Source of the DNA: Yuukianura sp. NJ FZ-2021 | Lineage: Eukaryota | Direction: 5' to 3' | Assembly: GCA_046563655.1 (NCBI GenBank) | Contig: CM102285.1 | Coordinates: forward strand, 8,990,001-9,054,000 | Length of the DNA stretch: 64,000 nucleotides | In this document: piece by piece, positions 37,701 to 45,700 of the stretch | Layout: each line of letters starts with the position of its first letter | Position numbering within the stretch: the first letter of the stretch is position 1 | The notes under the pieces: model-generated | Databases searched by the model: none | What the model saw: the letters and a program-made list of their open reading frames with translations, nothing else | What the model was told of the DNA's origin: nothing | Made by a program: the position numbers and the translations under genes

Positions 37701-39375
37701 AACCAATCGGTCGCAAACACCGAAAAATGCTTCTGGAAATTCAAGCAATTTTGCAAAAGTTTTACTTTTTCTGATGCTTGTCGCCGCTGGAATTCCTCAA
37801 ACAGATCCAATTGGAATGCAGAAACCTCAGTTCGTTCTTTGGACAAAAACGAATGTCCCGGTCATCCAGGGGGTCAATGAGGTTCGTCTTCTATTTCAGT
37901 TCACACGTCCTTGTGACTTGCTGACGACTGAGATGATTCACCCGGACTTACTTCAAATGGCAAAAATAAGATGCACAGAAATTTACGAAAAACTTTTTAT
38001 TTCGGAGATGGAAAAATTTTGTCCACCAAAATTGCTGACTGATCTTCATCAGGTATCAAAAAGAGGAATTTTTGTTTTCATTTTGGGAGCAATTACAGCC
38101 ACCATCTTAGCCAGCTTTGGACTTGGCGTGGCGGGTGTCGTTACTGCTGTTCAAGCTCAAGGTCAAATTCAAACTGTTTCAGAAATTTTGGCTCAACAAG
38201 ACCTTGAAATCAAACGTCAACAAAAACTTGCTGAGTTTCACGACAAAGCGATCGAGGCCCTAATGAAATTTTCAACTGGACTTGCTGAGGACGTTCAAAA
38301 AATTGAAAATGATCTTATCAGATTGAAAATGAAGTCTATTGACACAAATTTTATTGTCTCGTACATCTCATCAAGATTGGTCCTTGGAAATCACATCGTG
38401 AAGGAAGCACATCGAAAATGGGATTTTAATTCCATGCATTCGCCATTTTTCGATTTTTTGAATTATTCGCTTCCGTGTGAGAAGAAATGTCCAATTGACC
38501 TTGGATATCCAAAACAATGTCATATGGATTTGAAGAAAGAAAATTTGTACATGGAATTCACTGTTCCAGTCATAGATGACGATTTGGTATTGGTGAAAGC
38601 CGAACCGTTCTTTCTCCGGAAGGTGATCAACAATCTCACCTGCACCATTCAATATACTGGACCAGAAAATGCAATTATTTCATTGCGAGATGATTGCGTC
38701 TATGACATCAACGTTCGCTATACAGACAAGGATGACCTCATACTTGCCCCGGAACACAAATGTTTGGCGTCTGATGACCTGCCTCAAACGTCCAAATATT
38801 TCGCAGTAGATCGATGTCTTCCATACCGTAAAAATGATGCCATTGATTTTATTCAAGTCAAAACTATGGGAGGAAACAATTTTATTTATTGTTCTGGCAA
38901 TCAGATTGAAATTGCAAGAAAGAAGCGAGACTGTCCAGATGAAGTTTTTCTGCTATCCAGGATGACTGAATTCAAAATCAATGACTTCCGGTATTTGGCA
39001 TCTACCTTGGACCTAACCGAAAAGGAAAAACTGGATCCCATTTTTACGACTCATGCAAATTGGCATTTGGAACCCACACTCAACATAACTCAGCTTATGG
39101 AAGAGAGTGGCCTTTCTGAATTGGAAAAACAACGCCCAAAAGAGGATACCAATGACCGCGAAATCTCTTCCCACGGCTTGTACTGGAAAGAAAATGCCTG
39201 GATGGCAATTTTGATTGGATTAATTATGATCGGACTGATCATCGCTTCTGGATTTTTGGTATTTCGGGTAATGCAGCTGAAGAAGATGAAGCCTACATTC
39301 AAAATTACGGCTGAACAAGTCTCGGATGCCTTGGAAATCCAGCCCCTTAGCAATACTTCCAATACTAGGTCATAG
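34681..39375 (+). CDS. pol: Pol-Env polyprotein: rest of protease, integrase, reverse transcriptase, RNase H, then an in-frame envelope-like glycoprotein
   Basis: WHKRLAH..CSKC zinc finger; DDE motifs HVDTAG / RSDNGTEY / SNGRAER; RT motifs KARLV, QFDVKTAFLNG, LYGLKQAPR, YVDD; RNase H motifs DSDYAG, SSSEAEY, DNQSA, KHID, ADFLTK ending ~37701; 557 further codons with no stop. Confidence 0.95.
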   Translation: MAFEMPRSVYLTDSSTAQAVGHGTVQLEALIGNNWDLVTLENVLYIPGATNLFSESVMVQKGFKVTRNKHGTKFWTSDGVLGPVSTLENNMFVMRFRPVQQVNALISKSSIGKIWHKRLAHVNPIYIKNSIASGAISGIPIDQISTDFHCSKCEMGKQARQPFPPVARRNTKPGEMMHVDTAGKMPVTSIGGANYFIVFVDDCTGFVNVSFVSTKNQIPNVVIEHIKFMERQTGQKLKVMRSDNGTEYVNSTLEDFFSKEGIAHEKTVPYCPESNGRAERHVRILKDTARTLLQQSKLPEYLWGEAIANAVYIRNRLINKQSPEKTPFERIFGRKPFLGHVRIFGSKAFSHVPKQQRKVWDSKSKKLTLVGYDSLSVKKYRLYDAESRQIVFGRNVSFVEKKPKSNGILIPLPMNDITKEEVKDTEPIITEMSDEDEVEIQNSKTDVEKQGVKLTISKVDGHYVANLPNSVVEKLHHMTLRDRSSLSKPEYYQAKAAMNIMDPHSYTEALASPEKDEWMKAMTDEMESHAKNSTWTLVPKIPKMRILENRWVYKVKKKPNGEIDKFKARLVIKGYRQKYGIDYNETFSSVCRYETIRMLLALASSQNLKLTQFDVKTAFLNGDLEEIIFMRQPEGFENGSDEVCKLNKSLYGLKQAPRCWSEKVKEALEKVSMIQSKYDPSLYFRQSGNEIILLAIYVDDGLIASSSEKESLELLEFLKSQFEITVENDPKRFVGLELCRSEEGSITVHQSGYLSDVLEKFNMTECKPKTVPMSPGCELPSVQGEAEGIPFRQLIGSLLFLAKCTRPDISFAVSKLSQFLSGFNEKHWIAAKNVLRYLSGTKDTSITYESGRNLTISGFCDSDYAGDHSDRKSTSGFIFFANNSPLSWMSQKQPIVACSSSEAEYISLSSAAREAVWLNGLASEIGITQEDPIELNLDNQSAIKLAHNPEFHSRTKHIDVRYHYTRELVENRKIKISYVSTDNQKADFLTKPLSKSKFEDMKRMSGLTNRSQTPKNASGNSSNFAKVLLFLMLVAAGIPQTDPIGMQKPQFVLWTKTNVPVIQGVNEVRLLFQFTRPCDLLTTEMIHPDLLQMAKIRCTEIYEKLFISEMEKFCPPKLLTDLHQVSKRGIFVFILGAITATILASFGLGVAGVVTAVQAQGQIQTVSEILAQQDLEIKRQQKLAEFHDKAIEALMKFSTGLAEDVQKIENDLIRLKMKSIDTNFIVSYISSRLVLGNHIVKEAHRKWDFNSMHSPFFDFLNYSLPCEKKCPIDLGYPKQCHMDLKKENLYMEFTVPVIDDDLVLVKAEPFFLRKVINNLTCTIQYTGPENAIISLRDDCVYDINVRYTDKDDLILAPEHKCLASDDLPQTSKYFAVDRCLPYRKNDAIDFIQVKTMGGNNFIYCSGNQIEIARKKRDCPDEVFLLSRMTEFKINDFRYLASTLDLTEKEKLDPIFTTHANWHLEPTLNITQLMEESGLSELEKQRPKEDTNDREISSHGLYWKENAWMAILIGLIMIGLIIASGFLVFRVMQLKKMKPTFKITAEQVSDALEIQPLSNTSNTRS
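37702..39375 (+). CDS. env: Env-like class I membrane-fusion glycoprotein region (C-terminal part of the pol ORF)
   Basis: Hydrophobic signal-like FAKVLLFLMLVAAG (37750-37791); VSKR|G at 38064/38065; fusion-peptide-like GIFVFILGAITATILASFGLGVAGVVTAV; heptad helix; 12 ectodomain Cys; sequons NYS, NLT, NIT; TM AWMAILIGLIMIGLIIASGFLVF (39196-39264); short basic tail. Confidence 0.85.
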   Translation, partial: TNRSQTPKNASGNSSNFAKVLLFLMLVAAGIPQTDPIGMQKPQFVLWTKTNVPVIQGVNEVRLLFQFTRPCDLLTTEMIHPDLLQMAKIRCTEIYEKLFISEMEKFCPPKLLTDLHQVSKRGIFVFILGAITATILASFGLGVAGVVTAVQAQGQIQTVSEILAQQDLEIKRQQKLAEFHDKAIEALMKFSTGLAEDVQKIENDLIRLKMKSIDTNFIVSYISSRLVLGNHIVKEAHRKWDFNSMHSPFFDFLNYSLPCEKKCPIDLGYPKQCHMDLKKENLYMEFTVPVIDDDLVLVKAEPFFLRKVINNLTCTIQYTGPENAIISLRDDCVYDINVRYTDKDDLILAPEHKCLASDDLPQTSKYFAVDRCLPYRKNDAIDFIQVKTMGGNNFIYCSGNQIEIARKKRDCPDEVFLLSRMTEFKINDFRYLASTLDLTEKEKLDPIFTTHANWHLEPTLNITQLMEESGLSELEKQRPKEDTNDREISSHGLYWKENAWMAILIGLIMIGLIIASGFLVFRVMQLKKMKPTFKITAEQVSDALEIQPLSNTSNTRS

Positions 39376-39386
39376 GTCATAAGATT

Positions 39387-39397
39387 GAGGGAGGGAA
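39387..39397 (+). promoter_or_regulatory. Polypurine tract
   Basis: GAGGGAGGGAA immediately before the 3' LTR. Confidence 0.9.
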
Positions 39398-39748
39398 TGA
39401 AGGAGGTCAATCTTTGACCTTTATTCTCTTTTCATTTTTTCTGCCCTTGCTCAAAGAGTCTACGTGACTCGGAGCGTTTCTTTTGTTTTTATGACAATAT
39501 TTATGTTAACGCTATTAAGATAAAATTCCTTCCAGAAAGATCTGGAGGACACAGAATCTTCTAAGGATGATTCAATTTCAATCCTTCTAGAATATTCTTT
39601 TAAAACTACGGAGTTGACCTGGTTTAAAAACTAAGGGTTCTACCGATTTGTTCTTAGTCGGGATTTCGGTTTAATAAAACACACTTATTGCCAAAACTCG
39701 AAAAGATCCATTTAGAATTACCATATGATTCTTAAAGTAATTCTATCA
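39398..39748 (+). repeat. 3' LTR (351 bp)
   Basis: Direct repeat of 32494-32844, followed by the TSD AAGCC. Confidence 0.97.
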
Positions 39749-42700
39749 AAGCCTAATTTTTGGCAACTTTATTAAAAGTCTAGCAGAAATGAAACTGCAC
39801 AACAACTTGTAGCTTTCCAACTTACACATAATAAAAATTTTTAAGCATAAAATTTAACAAACTTTTAAAAAATACTGTTCTTGAAGAGAAATTGAAATTA
39901 GGAGGCATTTAGGTTTCTCAAACAGTAAGCGAACTTTCCCTATCTTTCCTCCTCTCAACCTAGCCTTGAGGAGAAAACCCTCATCCTCCTTTTTCAAACC
40001 GTAGAGGGAGAAATAAAATTTACATGATTTGGGCGTTTGCATAAAAAGTAGGAAGTGAAAGTGGTCGTAGACTTCCCATTCAACTTATAGCAGTTACTAC
40101 TGACCTGGAGAAGATTTAGAAATTTCCAAGACAAAAATAATCATTATTCAGAGTTTAATTTTTGAAAAATGGTAAGTAGAAGTAGAGGATGAGTGCTGAA
40201 AGTGAAAGTGAAGAGGACTTGAAAATTTAAAAGAAAATGAAAAGAGTAATGAGCGGGCTTAGCATTCTTTCCTGGGACTCGTTTTGTTCAAGGACTTTTT
40301 TTCCTCTGAATTTTAAGTTCAGTTTTTAAAGAAGAAAAAAAGCCGCCCTCTTTTCTCCTCAACTTTTTATTTTTTTGAAAAATTTGAGACTTTTCCAATT
40401 TCCATTCCTCCTCTCCAGAGAACCGTAGCCAAGGTGAACTAATTTGGAAAGTTAATGATGAGCAAGAGAAAGCTGCCGCTCTTTCGTTCCCATTTCTCTA
40501 GGTTTCCAACTAGAAAACTGAATGCAAAGACAGGTAGAGCTCTCATGCTGCTATACATAAGATGATAATTCTCACTTTCTATCTTGATGATGGATTGGAA
40601 ATTGGCTTTTCAGGGCCATTAACAACGGAATAAGAAGGTTTTGCTTCTGCGCAAACCTCTGCCACTTTCTCTAGTTGCATAAATAGACCCAGAAGAGCAG
40701 ATGGAAGGGTCTGCTGCTGGCTGCCTGCCGGAGCCACTAATGATATGACTTGGGGAAGAATGGAACAGGGAAAGCAGAAGGCTCAGTTTTAGATTTCAAG
40801 TCTTCCGCCACAGTGCCCTGCCAAGGCTAAGCCTTTACAATGTGCTACTACAACTGAACAGGAATTTTGGACAGGAGTTACATGGCAGGGTGAAAGTGAG
40901 GCATAAAATCAGACCGAGATTTCTTCCACTTTCACCTTTCCCTTTAATAAAGCCGACAGAAACCACGTTCCCGGCACAGCATTAGGCTCCATCATCATCA
41001 CATTTGTAAGTTCCGCTTTCACTTCCACCGTAACAATTTCTCCGCTCCTTTCACCTTGACTCCAATTTTCCTCTACTTGCCCACTATTCGTCTTCAGTGT
41101 CATATCCAACCGTGGTAACATAATTTGATTAACCTAGTTTAATAGGCGTATAGCAGACGTGAGTGGGTTTCCTCCGCGGAATTAGCATCTCTAAAGATCT
41201 ACTTTCACCACTTTGGCTACTTCCTTCGTCCAACGACATGCTATTACACTCTGTTATAATTTATTTATAATGATTTACCAACTTGCCTACAGCGTTTTCA
41301 AAAATTCCTTTCTAAACTCAAAATTCCAAAAGACTGAGTAAAATTTCGACAGGAAAGTAAGTGTTTTATATTCTAAGTTTTAAAATTGAAAAATAATGAA
41401 GTAAAGGTCGAAATTCCTTAAAACGGAAGTAGAAGTTCAGGGGAATGTGAATTTTTTGAGTCTGAAATTCTTGAAGAGAAAGTTTCATTTTGAAGGGGAG
41501 GTCTCGAGAATTGAATTTTATGGTTGTTTTTTGGCATTTTCTTTTTTGGAGTAGTGGAGCCTGCGTCGTCGTTTAGGAGCACATGATTCCTTCAATTTTG
41601 AAGCTGGAAAAAAGTGAGGGTTTGAAAGGGAGCTTTCTGCTGAACCATAAAGGACTCATCTCACAGAGCATAGAGCAAGTTAGTGGGACCACCACGACCA
41701 TGTCATTTTCTCTCTCCATCATCCCAGTAGACCTAACATAACCAGGTCCTGTAGGCGCTAGTCCAACGTTACAATCCATAAAAACGGAGTCCAGCAGGAG
41801 ATCTGTGTGTACCCTGGAGAAAGTTTCCCATTTTGAAACTCCTCTGTGTACAACTTGGTTTCACAGCGAAGGTCTCAAATTGGTTACTTACGCTTTCACC
41901 TCAAATCGAAACCCAAGAAGCAGTTGAATTTGCCTTTTGAAGGAGGGAAGAAGTGGAGCTTGTTTAAAATTAGGTAAGAGAAAGTTCATTTGATTCACAC
42001 GGAGAGAGTTGTCGCTTCCTGCTGTTTCCTCTTGCTTTCTCCCAGAACCGATGAGGCCGCCGACATTCAACAAGTGTTACGTCCTAATTCCGAACCTGCT
42101 TGCTCCTTTTTCTCATGTTCCTTGCCACTGCGGCTGCTGTTCTTCTGTGTCGTGTTCTCTAGGACACAGAAAGTGAGGAGCTTAGCATTTCAGTATTAGA
42201 TTTGACGTGAGGCGAGGTCTGGTTAGTTTGGTGGAAAATCTAGGCAGTAAATTAGAGCTTTAAAACTTTCACTTTCACTCAACCGAAGAGAGCACGTGGA
42301 GTGAAAGTGCAGGAATCTGGCTCCTTCCACAGCAAAAGTATTTTAATCAACCACGGACAACAATCCTTTCAATCAGTAAGTTACATAAATAACTTTTTAT
42401 GAGTTTCTACTTTGAAGTTTTGGTGATTTTAGGATATAATTAAACATTTTTTGGGGAAAGCAACCTTAGCGGTTCAGAATTCTTAATCTTTAATGAAAAG
42501 TAAAAAGATGTGAAACTGAGAAAGTTTGGAATGACACAGGGATCGACTCATAAATCAAAGTCAAGGTCTTACATGTTTCATCAATACCCTTCTCTAAAAA
42601 AACACGTAGTAGTTACTGTGTTAAGTTATTACGTGACATGTTGCGCACGCCTGACTTTCATTTGTGAGAGTATGGTGAGAGAAGGTGAGTTGGATGATTT

Positions 42701-45700
42701 GTGTTGTTCGGACGTTGGTCACTTTCACTTGGATGAACTTGGATTTCTCATTAGAGACGAAAGGGAATCAGTAGATCTCGACAGACAATCACACGATTAT
42801 TACGACGGCAAATGAGCGAATTTTATTAAAAGCCGTCCATTCTTTGTTATAAAGTACAAAAGGAACAGGGAGAGGCCTGGACAAAGTGGAAGTGGATTTA
42901 TTGGGCGAGAGTTGGTGAAAGGAGTAAAGGCTTGAAACCATCCCATTGTTTGTGATGGATGAGATTCGTTCTGTTCCCAAAATAAATCATTATCACCAAA
43001 GTCAATAAGCAAAGAGGCCTTTCACGTCCACTTTCACTTTCCAAAGTCCTTTCCTTAATACGTTCTGCACTTCTGCTCCTGATGTAGTAGCTCAAGAGCT
43101 ATTGACATTCTTCATTACATCGTCATTCAATCCACTCCCAAATTTTCTTTCCCGCAATCTTCGAAGAACCTCTCAAGCAAGATTTCGGTTTCATTTTTCT
43201 AAATTTCGGTTAGTCCTAAGCCATTGTAGAGTGAAAGTGTGTACTAGAGTACGCTCATCTTAAGATTTAATCTTTGGAATAACTTTTGGTAAAGCAGTTA
43301 TTTCAGAAATATTTGAAAGTCAATTCTAAATTTAAGTTATAATTCAAATTCTAAATCCAATTTTTTTGGAGCCCTTAAAATATTTGTATTGTGTTTTGAC
43401 ATAACAAAATGTTACGCCAAGCGTTAAGTCTATGCATTTAAAATGAGCTTTTGGAAAGCTTTGAACTGAATCTGAGTTTTCATTTTTGACATGTTCTATA
43501 TAATCTTTCACTTGAAATTGATTCATTGTGAACATGTCATGCGACTCTTATGAGGATAAAAAAAACCAATCCCTAACCCTGCCAGAATGCTAGGTTGATA
43601 GAGTGGTTCCACGTGTTGACTTTGTTACCCTCAGTTGAGTGCATGACCTTATTACTAACTTGATTGACATATTTTGAAAGTGACTTTAGTGGTAAACACA
43701 GCGGCACAGCGTATCCAAAGGAACTTCTCCACTTGACATCCTCTCCATTTATAGTACAAGACTTTCCCTCGCTTTCTCTCACAAACTCTTAACATGCATT
43801 CTAATATCTCTTTCCTTGTTTTTCTAAAAAGCTTCTACTGCTCACCTCACAGCATCCTCCTTGTCTCCAGCAGCATTTTCAACCTGCAAAGATTCAAATT
43901 GCTACAAAAAACATTTCTGTCGCCACAACGGCCGTCCATCTTCACGTGAATGGAGTCTGAGCTGGTCTAATACTCCTCAAATTGGTTCCAACTGACACCC
44001 TCATTCTCAAGGCGTCCAACATAACCAAGAACATTTGGAGGAAAGACAACTCTACTTTCTCCAGGAGAAAGCCCAGTCCAGAGGCGGCAGTTGATTCTTT
44101 CTGCATTTGGTGGATGGACACTCGGAGGGCTTCTGGTGAAAGCAAGGCATCCGTCTTCAAGATCTCCCCGTAAAAGTAAGGGCTCGTGCCCTGTCAAGTC
44201 AATCCGTGGCAGTCTAGGGAGATAGGAGGCCTCATTGCCTCTGACGGAACAATCTCCCGCCGAGTACCTATCTGCTCTCTCCTGGGACATTGGAATTGAA
44301 TGGAATTTCCAACAGAGTGACATTTACATGGTGGTTTTTGGAGCAAGTCACTCCAGTTCTATTCTACCAAACTAAACGTTGATTCGACTGAGCAGTTTTA
44401 CTTTTTCTGGTCGTTGGGTGAGTGCTGAACCCTGAACTGTCAAAATGGCAATGTACGACGCTGGTGGATGTAATCTGAACCTGCGACACGTGAATGCCGT
44501 TCCAGAGGGTGAGATGGACGCACTACTGCTGGGGAAAACTCGGGTGAGAGAAAGCACTTTCTCCCACTTAAAATCACACCTCCCACTGCCATTCTGTTTT
44601 TTTTTGCCACTTTGTCACGATAATTTGACTTTCCGAACTCTGTTTGTTGTGCTGAAACATGCGTTGTTCATAACTTTTCTAACCCCATACGTTTAGTTTT
44701 ACGGCGTGCCAGCATTAGTTAACACCTAACAGAGAAAAAAGTGTTGAAAAATGAGGCGTTCTACTGTATCATTTAGCATCATTTACTGCTATTATTCACT
44801 GCATCATCTACATTTTTGAAAGAGTTTTTGTTTGTGGCAAACCAAATGATGGAAAATGGAGGAAATTGACTGTACTTTTATGTGTCTTCATAATTTCCGG
44901 TTCGTAGATTGGCGTAACCAACATTTTGATTAATTAGCACTATTTAAACCAAGTACACCAAAATTTGAGTGTTGTGGCTAACATAACACGATAGACAATT
45001 CCTGATTACTTTGAAAAATCAACTTCAGAAAAGGAAAAGAAACATTCATTTCGCCTTTGAGCAATTTGCGCGAGTCCTTTTCAGCTTTCATTTTAAACTA
45101 CTTGTGATTACTTTAATCAAGACAGTTAATTATAGTTTAGGTTTCGAGTAAGTGGTGGATGCAGTACTAACAGAAGCAATCCAACATTTTTGTTTGGCAG
45201 TCTATGTTCTTATGAGCGACTTTGTTCAATTAACATTAAAGAAACTCAAATTAATTGTCAAATGTAATTACAAGCTTACAGAGGAAATATTTAGTAAGCA
45301 TAAAGTAGGGCCTAATGACGACTTCATCAAGTAGTAATTATTGAATTTGCTTAGTGAAGCACTAGTGTTAAAATGTCAAGCTGAAAATAACGAAGACAAA
45401 ATCGTATTAACTTTTCACACGAAAATAGTTACTTTTTCTTTTCTTTTGAAGAAGGCGATGGATTTTTTTTAACTTCAAAAGCGATTATTTGAGTCGCATG
45501 TTTTGCCATTCAAAATATGCGACTTGGACCTGGTGATATCCAAACTTATTGAGTGTTAAAATGAAGGAAGTAAAAAGCGTGAGAAGGCAGTGAAAGCATT
45601 TTCCTTTGTCCTACTTAACATGATTCGACAATTTGTAGTTCTTGTTTTATTTTCGCTACTTCGATGTGCTGAAGGGTTTGCAAATTCCCAGTGCAGAGCC

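Larger units (their letters stand above)
32494..39748 (+). mobile_element. Full-length Ty1/copia LTR retrotransposon carrying an env-like (class I fusion) gene, 7,255 bp
   Basis: Paired TG..CA LTRs, 5-bp TSD AAGCC (32489-32493 and 39749-39753), PBS, PPT, and the copia domain order gag-PR-IN-RT-RH, followed by an env-like region. Confidence 0.97.

Noticed and set aside
34030..39410. Antisense and alternative-frame ORFs inside gag/pol/env
   Set aside because: Short, motif-free shadows of the main ORFs.
43846..44323. Possible minus-strand exons (118-aa ORF and a small ag..gtgag-bounded segment)
   Set aside because: No recognisable domain or consistent gene model; cannot be supported without transcripts.
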